In this document: positions 1-8,517 of the stretch, in pieces
Numbering within the stretch: the first letter of the stretch is position 1
How the letters are laid out: the number at the start of each line of letters is the position of its first letter
Origin: Pseudomonadota bacterium
GTDB lineage: Bacteria; Bdellovibrionota; FAC87; UBA2466
Assembly: GCA_043767805.1 (NCBI GenBank)
Contig: JAYUGC010000130.1
Location: 1-26,947, forward strand
Direction of reading: 5' to 3'
DNA: 26,947 bases
Translations under genes and position numbers: made by a program
The notes under the pieces: model-generated
What the model was told of the DNA's origin: nothing
Seen by the model: only the letters and a program-made list of their open reading frames with translations
Databases searched by the model: none

Positions 1-113
1 TCCCTCCATGTCCCACCGCCCATGGCGTCGGCGGCGGCCTTCCTGTTTAATGATATATATAGCGATTCGCTGGTTTGACACGTAGCGCTACGTACCCTAA
101 CCAAGAGGCTCAC

Positions 114-569
114 ATGAAGACGGCTTCGCTTTTCATTTTGGCGGCGTTCTTAAGTTTTGGCCGGCTGGTCCAAGCGGCGGGAGCTCCCATCGATGCGCTG
201 CAGTTCATCGACCGCATCCAAGGGACCTACCAAATCGACATGGCTGGGGGTCATATCCCGACCTCCCAGAACAATCAGGCTGAAGTCTACGCGGACACGG
301 AAGAGGGTATTCTCACCCTGCCGTTCTGCGGTACGAGCGGCCTTTGCGATCCGGGCTACATAGAGTTTACGTACGCCAAGACCCAGGCGACCCGCGAAGA
401 GCTAGCTCCCGACCACTTCGTGGTGGAGCTCGTGACCCAATACGGTGCCAAGACTTACCGCTACACCTGGGAGTCCAAAGCGGCTCAAGTCACTTTCACC
501 AACTACCAATACCTGGTGGCTGGAAAAGTAACCCAGCTGGTCCATCAGATTCACAAGGTCTCGCCGTAA
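114..569 (+). CDS. Hypothetical secreted protein
   Basis: ATG at 114 follows GAGG (105-108). The N-terminus MKTASLFILAAFLSFGRLVQA-A looks like a signal peptide. The mature part is beta-rich with a Cys pair (FCGTSGLC). No family recognised. Confidence 0.7.
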   Translation: MKTASLFILAAFLSFGRLVQAAGAPIDALQFIDRIQGTYQIDMAGGHIPTSQNNQAEVYADTEEGILTLPFCGTSGLCDPGYIEFTYAKTQATREELAPDHFVVELVTQYGAKTYRYTWESKAAQVTFTNYQYLVAGKVTQLVHQIHKVSP

Positions 570-575
570 GAGCGC

Positions 576-1295
576 TTACTGCGCGTCTTTGAAGCCGATC
601 TTGTGAGCCGCGGTCTTGCTCGAGAAGAAGATGCGGCGGCAGACGTCGATGCCTTTGTAGTCATCCGGCTCGTGCAGCGTCATGGTGTCGTAATCGCCGA
701 CGTACTTGTCCGCCTGGCGGTTCGTCATGCGCATGCGGAACTCGAAGGGCATTTCCTTCAAGGGCTTCGTCGCGCTGAAAATTCCGCGGCGCTCTTTGCG
801 GGCAGCGTCGCAGCTCATCAGGTATTCGCGAACCCGGTTGTTCTTGAAGAAGTCACGGGTACAGCCGGGACCGGTGCAGTAGATGTACGGCACGGCCCAT
901 CCGCCGCGGACCATCTGCAAATTGATGTCGACTTGCTTTGCGAAGACGAAGCCCAAAGTCCGCTTGTACTTGTCCAGACCCCAGGTTTGGAGCGCGACGT
1001 TGTTGCCGACTTTCAGAAAGCCCTGCAGGTAAGCCGTGGCGTAATCGCCCCAAGGCTGTTGGCCGACGACGCCGTGATCGGGCGTCGGAAAATGGGTTTC
1101 GGGGGCATCGATGCCCAGCATGCGAATCTTCAGGACCGTGCGCTGATCGGGCGTGACGTTGACGGTGTCGCCGTCGACGATCTTGGCGATAACACCCTGC
1201 ACTACTTGTTGATCAGAGGCATGCGCGCTCAGAGCGCAGAGGAACAAACCAAGAGCGAGGCGACTTCCGAGAACTCGGACAACTCCTAATGACAT
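576..1295 (-). CDS. Thermonuclease (SNase-like) family secreted nuclease
   Basis: Motifs IVDGDTV, IRMLGIDAPET, DKYKRTLG and DINLQMVRGGWA; signal peptide ending SAHA. Start placed at ATG 1295, with GGGGG upstream, rather than the ORF-track start at 1382. Confidence 0.9.
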   Translation of the reverse strand: MSLGVVRVLGSRLALGLFLCALSAHASDQQVVQGVIAKIVDGDTVNVTPDQRTVLKIRMLGIDAPETHFPTPDHGVVGQQPWGDYATAYLQGFLKVGNNVALQTWGLDKYKRTLGFVFAKQVDINLQMVRGGWAVPYIYCTGPGCTRDFFKNNRVREYLMSCDAARKERRGIFSATKPLKEMPFEFRMRMTNRQADKYVGDYDTMTLHEPDDYKGIDVCRRIFFSSKTAAHKIGFKDAQ

Positions 1296-1478
1296 GTAAC
1301 CCCCAAATATCCGTTTATGTGAACGCAAGTAGAAACCCTGCTTCACGGAGATACTCTCGTCGGAGATCGCATGGCCAGTCAATTGTCCGTAAAGACAATA
1401 CTTCCTGCCCGAATTCTTGACTTCTTTTTCTCTTAGCGCGCGCGTAAAAAATCGGCGCTCGTCGTCAAACGCCCGCGA

Positions 1479-1943
1479 TTACCAGCGGTGATAAGCGGGA
1501 TGGCCCGGCTTTACGGCGACAAAGGTGCCTTGGCACGTCGCGCAGATTTTGCCGCCCGCGATGAGCTCTGCGGAAATGAGGGCGCGATCCGTTTCGGAGG
1601 AAACTACTTTCGCGACGAGCCGGACGAGGCCGTTGGTCGGCGTCGGCCGGGTGAGGCGGATGGCATATTCCGCGGTGACCGTGCACGGAGGTTGATCGAG
1701 TTTGCCTTGGTTCATCAGATGCCAGGCCGCCGTCCAGTTGGAATGGCAATCGAGCAGGGCGCCGATGATGCCGCCGTTTAGCATTCCGGGGAACGCTTCG
1801 TGATGCGGTTCGGGTCTCCATTCGGAGACGACCGTATCGCCTTCGGGGAAGCTGCGAATTTTGAGGCCTTTGGGATTGGAAGGTCCGCAACCAAAGCAGG
1901 AGTTCTTGGGAGCGTATTTTTCTTGGAGAGATTGAGTGGACAT
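1479..1943 (-). CDS. PaaI/hotdog-fold thioesterase
   Basis: Motifs CFGCGPSNPKGL, HEAFPGMLNGGIIGALLD and VTAEYAIRLTRPTP. ATG 1943 has GGAG upstream. The longer ORF-track version reads through a tRNA gene. Confidence 0.88.
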   Translation of the reverse strand: MSTQSLQEKYAPKNSCFGCGPSNPKGLKIRSFPEGDTVVSEWRPEPHHEAFPGMLNGGIIGALLDCHSNWTAAWHLMNQGKLDQPPCTVTAEYAIRLTRPTPTNGLVRLVAKVVSSETDRALISAELIAGGKICATCQGTFVAVKPGHPAYHRW

Positions 1944-2004
1944 GAATTCATTCTCCGAAAGGCTAGCCATTCGTAGCCTAGCCCCCCAAGGGGCCAGCGA
2001 AGAA

Positions 2005-2078
2005 TGGGCGATAAGGGATTCGAACCCCTGACCCCCTGGTTCGAAGCCAGGTGCTCTATCCAGCTGAGCTAACCGCCC
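2005..2078 (-). tRNA. tRNA-Arg (anticodon TCG), CCA not encoded
   Basis: Minus strand reads GGGCGGTTAGCTCAGCTGGATAGAGCACCTGGCTTCGAACCAGGGGGTCAGGGGTTCGAATCCCTTATCGCCCA. Acceptor stem GGGCGGT/ATCGCCC, anticodon arm CCTGG-CTTCGAA-CCAGG, T-loop TTCGAAT. Confidence 0.96.
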
Positions 2079-2131
2079 TCTCAAAGGTGGCTTTCCTTGT
2101 ATCTCCCCTCCGGGGTAAAAGAAAGGCCTGC

Positions 2132-2716
2132 ATGCTAGTCGCCGCGCTTACCGTTTTTGCCTATCTCCTGGGAAGCTTCCCCACGGGTGTAGTCTTATCC
2201 CGGCGCAAGTACGGCATCGACGTCCGCGACATGGGAAGCGGCAATATCGGCGCGACCAACATCACGCGCACCTTCGGCTGGTACGCCGGAGCGCTCACTT
2301 TCCTCATCGATGGCCTGAAAGGCTTTTTGCCGGTTTGCTTAGTGCGCTGGTATTTCCCCGAATTGCCGATGCTGGTTCCCGCGGTGGGAATCGCCGTGGT
2401 GGCGGGTCACTGTTTCAGCGCGTACTTGAAATTGGGCGGAGGCAAGGGAGTGGCGACCAGTCTTGGCTGCCTCTCCGCGGTGGCGCCTTGGCTCGCGCTC
2501 GCCGCCGCGCTCACTTACCTCGCGGTCTTGGGGGCCACCCGAATCAGCGCGCTCGGATCGCTAGCGGGCATCGTGGCTGCGAATCTCTATTTGGTTTTTT
2601 TGTCGCCGAGCCGGGAAATCGTCTTCCTGACCCTCGGCATCTCGTTTCTGGTCGTCTTGAGACACCAGTCCAACATCCGCCGTCTCTTCTCGGAAAAAAA
2701 GAAAGGCAAATCATGA
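2132..2716 (+). CDS. plsY: Glycerol-3-phosphate acyltransferase PlsY
   Basis: Signature motifs YLLGSFPTG, GSGNIGATN, DGLKG, GHCFS, GGKGVAT and RHQSNIRRL; multiple TM segments. Start ATG 2132. Confidence 0.95.
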   Translation: MLVAALTVFAYLLGSFPTGVVLSRRKYGIDVRDMGSGNIGATNITRTFGWYAGALTFLIDGLKGFLPVCLVRWYFPELPMLVPAVGIAVVAGHCFSAYLKLGGGKGVATSLGCLSAVAPWLALAAALTYLAVLGATRISALGSLAGIVAANLYLVFLSPSREIVFLTLGISFLVVLRHQSNIRRLFSEKKKGKS

Positions 2717-4017
2717 ACCGTTACTGGGCCATTTTGTTTTTAATTTCGGGAATCGCGTTTGCCGCGCCACCGGTAAAATTTCAGACGAACGCCGCGCGAG
2801 CGTTTAGCGAAGCGAAACAGCGAAAGGTTCCCGTCCTGATTAGCTTCTTTGGCGTGTGGTGCCCGCCGTGCAACGAAATGGAAGAGACGGTTTACGAGAG
2901 CACCGGCTTTCTGGAAAAAGCGAAAAACTTCGTCCTTCTGAAGCTCGACGTGGATGCGGTTGCCTCTTTCAAGCTGAAAGACAAGTACAAGGTCGGCGGT
3001 TATCCAACGATAGTCTTCACGACGCCAAAAGGCGATGAACTCTACCGCGTTGTCGGCTACCGGGCTCCCGCCGAGTTCATGAGAGTGATGGGCCTCGTGC
3101 TTTCCGCGGGTAACCGCGATTTCTCAGCGGCGTGCCAGAGCAAGGACGCGGAAGATCTCTGGCGTTGCGCCGTAATCAGCCAGGAGCGCGGCAAGAAGGC
3201 CGCCGCCGAAGCCGCGTACAAAAAGCTCGAGCCTACTTTGAAAGCGGGAACGCCTCGCTATCTGGAAGCCCGCTCCTTTGCCGTCGATAATTCCGCGACT
3301 CCCGATTTAAAGCGCCACGGCCTCGAAGGCCTCATGGCTGAGTTTCCGGAGAGCCCGAAGGCCGCGCTCTGGGCTTACACCTACGCCACTTCTTTCGAAG
3401 AGGGGGAGAAGCAGGAGCCGAAGAAAGATCTCCTTCTCAAGGTCCTCGCTAACTTCGACAAGATGATGGCGAGTTCCGACAAAGACGAGCTGGGAGTGAG
3501 TCAAACGGACTTGCTGCAAATCAAAGCCGAGCTTTTGGGGAGAGTGGGAAAAAAAGACGAAGCCACCGCGGTGTGGGCGCAGGCGGCCAAAGAGTTCGAG
3601 ACTTTGGCCGCGCAACTTCCCAAAAATAGTCACGCTCGCGGTTTCACCATCGAGCGCATCAGCTGCCTCGAAGAGGCGGGGGACGTGGCCGGTGCCTTAA
3701 AGCTCGCCAACGAGTACCGCGCGAAATTCCCAGACGACTTCACCTTTCACTACCAGGCGGCCGGCCTTCTCAATCGAGCGAAGCGTTTTCCGGAAGCCAT
3801 TCCGGTCGCGAAAAAAGCGTATGAGAATTCCTACGGCGATAACCGCATCCGCGCGGCGATTCTGCTTTTGAAGCTCTACGCGACGATTCCCGACAAGGCG
3901 CAGGCCAAGACTTTGTATGACGCCGTGAAAAAGGAAATCAACCCGGACGCGAAGCTCGAGATCCGAACCCACAAGTACTTGAAGAGCCTCGACAAGGCCT
4001 GGTCGGCTTTCGGGTAA
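2713..4017 (+). CDS. Secreted thioredoxin-fold protein (WCPPC) with C-terminal TPR-like helical repeats
   Basis: ATG 2713 overlaps the plsY stop (ATGA). Signal peptide MNRYWAILFLISGIAFA; motifs FFGVWCPPC and YKVGGYPTIVF; Ala-rich helical repeats follow. Confidence 0.85.
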   Translation: MNRYWAILFLISGIAFAAPPVKFQTNAARAFSEAKQRKVPVLISFFGVWCPPCNEMEETVYESTGFLEKAKNFVLLKLDVDAVASFKLKDKYKVGGYPTIVFTTPKGDELYRVVGYRAPAEFMRVMGLVLSAGNRDFSAACQSKDAEDLWRCAVISQERGKKAAAEAAYKKLEPTLKAGTPRYLEARSFAVDNSATPDLKRHGLEGLMAEFPESPKAALWAYTYATSFEEGEKQEPKKDLLLKVLANFDKMMASSDKDELGVSQTDLLQIKAELLGRVGKKDEATAVWAQAAKEFETLAAQLPKNSHARGFTIERISCLEEAGDVAGALKLANEYRAKFPDDFTFHYQAAGLLNRAKRFPEAIPVAKKAYENSYGDNRIRAAILLLKLYATIPDKAQAKTLYDAVKKEINPDAKLEIRTHKYLKSLDKAWSAFG

Positions 4018-4106
4018 TGGCTCGTTAAGTCAATCAGAGGAATCCCGGTTAGTTACCTGGCTCCAGCCTGGGTCCCCCGGTATGTCTCCACTCTCCGGGC
4101 AATTGC

Positions 4107-4114
4107 GCCGATAA
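4107..4114 (+). promoter_or_regulatory. Putative sigma28 (FliA) -10 element
   Basis: Perfect GCCGATAA 9 nt upstream of ATG 4124. The -35 region (TCCAC) is a weak match. Confidence 0.4.
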
Positions 4115-4123
4115 GTCACTGGT

Positions 4124-5731
4124 ATGCCATCGGAATCTAAAATCGTTTACTGGCTGGGATCTCCGGTCGAAAAAAAGGCGACGGAAACCCTTCGCGCGGC
4201 ACTTCGTAAAGCCGGATTCACCAACGAATGGGTGAGCGTCACCGCGACGACGGATTTCACCAAGGCACAATGGACCGAGACGCAAGTCCCCGGCAATGTG
4301 TCGGCCGTGCTCTTCACCGTGCCTTCGGCGGAACGGCTCGCGTCTTTCGTAAAAGTATTTCGCGCCGAAGTGGCTGTCCGTGTCCCCGGCCCCGCGATCA
4401 TCGCCGGCTGCGCCGAAACTTCGCCGGATTTGCTCTCCCAGTTTGCTCAAGCGCCCGTTGACGATATTTTCTATTTTTCCGAAAGCCCCGACGCTTTCGC
4501 GAGCCGCGTGACGGTACGTTGCCGCCTTTCGCAGGAGAGAGAAGAGTCCCGTCAGGCGCTGCGCGATCATCAGATGCGTTCCGCCCGCACGGAAACCATC
4601 GTGAAGCAGCGGGAGGAATTTTTGGGCGTAGCCGCTCACGATCTTCGCTCTCCGCTCGGCCTGATTCAGGCGAGTCTCGGCATGGTCATCGACCAGCAGG
4701 CAAAGGAAAAGACCCTGAACCCGGTCCACCTCGAGCTTCTCACCCGGGCGAAGCGCCAAGCGGTGAGCGCCATCAGTCTCGTCAACGATTTGCTCGACGT
4801 AATGTCTTTTGAGCAAGGTTTGAAGCCCGACTACCGCGTGCTCAATCTGCACCAGCTTCTCTCGGAGTTTTACGGCGACTACCGCTCCAAAGCCGAAGAG
4901 AAGAAAGTGCAGTTTCACTATCAGAACGCGATTCAGGATTGGCGCGTGCTCGCCGATTCGGACCGGCTCAATCAGCTTTTGCAGAATCTTTTCGTCAACG
5001 CCCTGAAGTTCACCGAAGGCGGAAAGAACATCTATCTTACCGTCGAGCCCTTCATCGGCCGCCGCAAGAGCGATCCGCCCTATCCGATGGTGGTCATCAG
5101 CGTGAAGGACGAGGGCAAGGGAATTCCCCCTCGTGAGCTCCAGCGCATTTTCGATCGTTTCGCTCAGATTCGGGACAGCTCGCGGGAAGGTGGCCGCGGC
5201 CTCGGACTTACGGTGGCGAAACAGATTTCCACTTTGCATGACGGCAACATCTGGGTGCAAAGCGAAGAGGGGCAGGGGTCCATCTTCCACGTGCTCCTTC
5301 CGCACGTCATCAGCCGGGTGAACGCCGATAAGGGAAAGACGCACACGCGGCTTCTGGTCATCGAGCCGGTGCCTGAAAACCGCGAGATTCGGCAAAAGCA
5401 GTTCGCCGAATGGGGCTACGAGTCTCATTTCGTCAAAGATGGCGTCTCGGCCATCGCCATGGCTTTCCACGAGCCGCCCGCGGCGATTTTGTTTGGTGCG
5501 GAGCTGGGCCTCATCAACGAAGCCGAAATGGTGAACATGCTCAAAGGCGAATCGGCGACTTCCAGCGTGCCGCTCCTCCGGCTGACTCCCGCGGGCGTGG
5601 CCTATCAGAAACGCCAAGACGTGCTTATCGACGCTTTTCTCGACGTCCCGCTCACGCGTACTCAGCTCGAGACCGTGCTCATTCAAGTGGGCCGGGAAGG
5701 GCTAGTGAAGGCCAAGAAGAAGGCCGCGTGA
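4124..5731 (+). CDS. Soluble sensor histidine kinase with degenerate N- and C-terminal receiver-like domains
   Basis: H-box AAHDLRSPL, N-box QNLFVNALKFT, G1 VKDEGKGI, F-box IFDRF, G2 GRGLGL; no TM segment. Confidence 0.92.
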   Translation: MPSESKIVYWLGSPVEKKATETLRAALRKAGFTNEWVSVTATTDFTKAQWTETQVPGNVSAVLFTVPSAERLASFVKVFRAEVAVRVPGPAIIAGCAETSPDLLSQFAQAPVDDIFYFSESPDAFASRVTVRCRLSQEREESRQALRDHQMRSARTETIVKQREEFLGVAAHDLRSPLGLIQASLGMVIDQQAKEKTLNPVHLELLTRAKRQAVSAISLVNDLLDVMSFEQGLKPDYRVLNLHQLLSEFYGDYRSKAEEKKVQFHYQNAIQDWRVLADSDRLNQLLQNLFVNALKFTEGGKNIYLTVEPFIGRRKSDPPYPMVVISVKDEGKGIPPRELQRIFDRFAQIRDSSREGGRGLGLTVAKQISTLHDGNIWVQSEEGQGSIFHVLLPHVISRVNADKGKTHTRLLVIEPVPENREIRQKQFAEWGYESHFVKDGVSAIAMAFHEPPAAILFGAELGLINEAEMVNMLKGESATSSVPLLRLTPAGVAYQKRQDVLIDAFLDVPLTRTQLETVLIQVGREGLVKAKKKAA

Positions 5732-6729
5732 TCTCGAGAGTTGTCCTCCTCCTCGCGTTTTTCGCCCTAGGCGCAAGTGCCGAGCCCCCCAAGAAGTCTC
5801 GTTGGAAGGCGACGGCCGGCGTTCACGGGTCGAAGGTCGTTACCCTGTCCGATCTCGGCGAGGCCCAAGGTGGCTCGGTACTGAACGGGAAAATTTATCT
5901 CTACGGCGATCTCTCCAAAGCTACGCCTCGCGTGGGAATCATCCGCGAGTACGACGAGAACCTGGTTCCCACGGGCCGTTCCGTCACTTTGAGTCAGGGA
6001 GGAAAGCCGCTTCTCACTCATCCGACCGGACTGACTCAGCATCCGACGTTCGGCACTTTGCTCGGCGATACTTTCGAGCAAAAGGGGAGGATCGTGTCTC
6101 TTGATTGGGAAGCGGCCTGGCGCGATGGTAATTTGGATCACGCGGTGAAAGCGATCGTTCAGGATGATGCCGCGGTCAATGGCACGCGGCCTCTCTTCGT
6201 CGAAGTGGGAGGCAGGACGCTCGTCGCCACCGCTGACTATGGGAATAAGACGCCAAGCCTTCGTCTCTACGATCCCGAACTGATGCTAAAGTTCGGCAAG
6301 ACCACCGCCAAAGGCGTGCTCGTTGCCAAAATGCCTTTCGCCCCGTTCACGCAAAACCTGGCGTGGAGCCCGCAGAAGGGAATCCTGACCGGCGTGCAAA
6401 ATGTAATCGCGGGAGTGGGTTGGAAGCTAGAGGCCATTGACCTGGCAAAAGCGGTGCGGACCAGGAGCCTGAAAGCCAAAGGGGTGCGGGTCGGCACTCA
6501 GATATTTCCGCCGCACGACGAGCTTGAAGGGTACTTCGTCCATCCGGACGGCCGCGAAATCTTCATTACTTCGAGCCCGGCCGATAACGTGGTCATCGGC
6601 AAATCGGTTCCCATCGATCCGCGCTGGTCGGAAGAGATGGAAATGCGGCCTTCCTTCGTCGAAGACCCTGCTTCGCGAGACCCTTTTTGCGAGCTCTCTC
6701 TCCACCGGGTCAAAGGCTCAAAGCCATAA
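5728..6729 (+). CDS. Hypothetical secreted protein, possibly a beta-propeller
   Basis: GTG 5728 overlaps the kinase stop (GTGA). Signal peptide VISRVVLLLAFFALGASA; repeated short beta-strand segments (EAQG..., HPTGL..., QNLAW..., ELEG...). Confidence 0.7.
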   Translation: MISRVVLLLAFFALGASAEPPKKSRWKATAGVHGSKVVTLSDLGEAQGGSVLNGKIYLYGDLSKATPRVGIIREYDENLVPTGRSVTLSQGGKPLLTHPTGLTQHPTFGTLLGDTFEQKGRIVSLDWEAAWRDGNLDHAVKAIVQDDAAVNGTRPLFVEVGGRTLVATADYGNKTPSLRLYDPELMLKFGKTTAKGVLVAKMPFAPFTQNLAWSPQKGILTGVQNVIAGVGWKLEAIDLAKAVRTRSLKAKGVRVGTQIFPPHDELEGYFVHPDGREIFITSSPADNVVIGKSVPIDPRWSEEMEMRPSFVEDPASRDPFCELSLHRVKGSKP

Positions 6730-7223
6730 AGCGCGCTTTGGGTGGCCCCGGCGCGGTTGATATTTTCCAGGGCAAGCTCGAAAGCGACTACCTGAGTCCG
6801 AGGAGTTTGCGCCCCGAGATAACGAAGGAGTACTTGGTCGGGCGCGTAACCTCCGACGCCGAAGTTGAAAACATCAGCGCCGAGGCGTTCTGCAAGTACG
6901 TTTTGCCAGGTCTCCGCATCGGCAACCTCGGATCCCAGAGTGAAGGAGTTGCCGAAAACGGCCAGGTAGGGAATGCAGAAGGAGCGCGTCCTAAGCCGTT
7001 CTTCGAAAGGGGTCTTGAACCTGGGCGTCCATCCCAAGCGCGCGTCAAAGCCCCCGCTCATCTCCACCGACTGAGCGGGCGCCGCGGTGAAGCCTGCCGG
7101 GTCCGCCCAAACAAAACGCTCGGCCTGGGCGCGAAAAAACATACGGCACGCAAGCTCGACGCTTACCCCGCAAAGAAGCGCGCTAAGAAAATATAAAAGC
7201 TGGGTCTTCGCCCGAGCCGTCAT
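6498..7223 (-). pseudogene. Membrane-anchored SGNH/GDSL hydrolase-like gene, apparently truncated
   Basis: N-terminal TM, FDARLGW, block I-like VFGNSFTLG, block II-like VFNFGVGGYAPDQ. Similarity ends near ENINR (~6753); the ORF then runs 232 bp antisense over the neighbouring gene. Confidence 0.6.
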
Positions 7224-7228
7224 GTGGC

Positions 7229-7636
7229 TTAAAGCTTGTTGCCGAACATGTACTTCAGTTCGCGCGCGGCGCTCGTGGTGCTGTCCGAGCCGTGTACGCT
7301 GTTGGCTTCCAAGCTTTCGCCGAAAGCTTTGCGGATGGTGCCGGGAGCCGCGTTCGCCGGATTCGTCGCGCCCATGAGCTTACGGTACTTTTCGACCGCG
7401 TTGTCGGCTTCGAGCGTCAGGATGACGACGGGGCCGCTGGTCATGAAGCTGACGAGGCTGCCGAAGAAGGGACGGTCCTTGTGCTCGGCGTAGAAGCCTT
7501 CGGCTTCGGCCTTCGTGAGCGACTTCATCTCGGCGGCGACGACGTACAAGCCGTCTTCTTCCATCATGTTGATGATCTTGCCGATCCAATGTTTTTTGAC
7601 CGCGTTGGGCTTAATGATCGAAAAAGTACGTTCCAT
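7229..7636 (-). CDS. ndk: Nucleoside diphosphate kinase
   Basis: [31 protein letters not shown] and catalytic NSVHGSDS. Confidence 0.98.
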   Translation of the reverse strand: MERTFSIIKPNAVKKHWIGKIINMMEEDGLYVVAAEMKSLTKAEAEGFYAEHKDRPFFGSLVSFMTSGPVVILTLEADNAVEKYRKLMGATNPANAAPGTIRKAFGESLEANSVHGSDSTTSAARELKYMFGNKL

Positions 7637-7644
7637 AGTTTCCT

Positions 7645-8517
7645 CTATTTCTTGAGAAGGTTTGCCATCGTTTCGCCCAAAGTCGCGGGGCTCTTGGACA
7701 TCGCCACGCCCGCGCGCTCCAGCGCTTGAATTTTGTCGGACGCCTTGCCACTGCCGCCGCTGATGATGGCACCGGCGTGACCCATCCGCTTCCCGGGGGG
7801 AGCGGTCTGGCCACCGATGAAGCCGACCACCGGCTTCTTGAATTTCGCTTTGATGTACTCGGCCGCTTCCTCTTCCTTGGAGCCGCCGATTTCCCCGATC
7901 ATGATGACGCCTTCCGTGTTCGGGTCGGCGTTAAAAAGCTCGAGGACTTCGACGAAGGACACGCCGTGCACCGGATCGCCGCCGATGCCGATACAGGTGC
8001 TCTGGCCGATGCCCCGCTGAGTGAGCTGATGGACCGCTTCGTAGGTGAGCGTGCCAGAGCGGGAAACGACGCCAATCCTGCCCGCCTTGTGAATCTGACC
8101 GGGCATGATGCCGATCTTACATTCGCCGGGGGTGATGATGCCAGGGCAGTTCGGTCCAATGAGAATCGACTTGCTGCTTTTCAGATAATTTTTGACCGGG
8201 ATCATGTCCATGACCGGGATGCCTTCAGTGATGGCGATGATGACCTTGATGCCGGCTTCGGCCGCTTCGAGAATCGCGTCCGCCGCGAAAGCCGCGGGAA
8301 CGTAGATCATCGTGGCGTTGGCGCCGGTCTTGGCGACCGCCGAAGCGACGTCGTTGAAGATCGGAATGCCTTCGAAGTTTTCCCCCGCTTTGCCGGGGGT
8401 GACGCCGGCAACGACGTTGGTGCCGTACTCTTTGCACTTTTGAGTGTGGAACGCCCCGGCCTTACCGGTGATGCCCTGAACCAAAAGCTTCGTATTTTTA
8501 TCGACGAGGATGCTCAT
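7645..8517 (-). CDS. sucD: Succinyl-CoA ligase alpha subunit
   Basis: [34 protein letters not shown] and the phospho-His motif RMGHAGA. Confidence 0.98.
   Translation of the reverse strand: MSILVDKNTKLLVQGITGKAGAFHTQKCKEYGTNVVAGVTPGKAGENFEGIPIFNDVASAVAKTGANATMIYVPAAFAADAILEAAEAGIKVIIAITEGIPVMDMIPVKNYLKSSKSILIGPNCPGIITPGECKIGIMPGQIHKAGRIGVVSRSGTLTYEAVHQLTQRGIGQSTCIGIGGDPVHGVSFVEVLELFNADPNTEGVIMIGEIGGSKEEEAAEYIKAKFKKPVVGFIGGQTAPPGKRMGHAGAIISGGSGKASDKIQALERAGVAMSKSPATLGETMANLLKK

Noticed and set aside
1..74. Possible start of a minus-strand gene at the window edge
   Set aside because: Too little sequence to support a call.
1944..2084. N-terminal extension of the thioesterase ORF
   Set aside because: It translates through the tRNA gene; a better start with an SD exists at 1943.
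2335..2712. N-terminal extension of the thioredoxin ORF (likewise 5410-5727 and 23288-23491)
   Set aside because: These overlap neighbouring genes; the later starts give clean signal peptides.
4049..5686. 545-aa minus-strand ORF
   Set aside because: Antisense shadow of the histidine kinase; no recognisable motifs. Such ORFs are expected with GC-rich codon bias.
6580..6587. Second GCCGATAA
   Set aside because: Lies inside a CDS, with no -35 element and no downstream gene on that strand.
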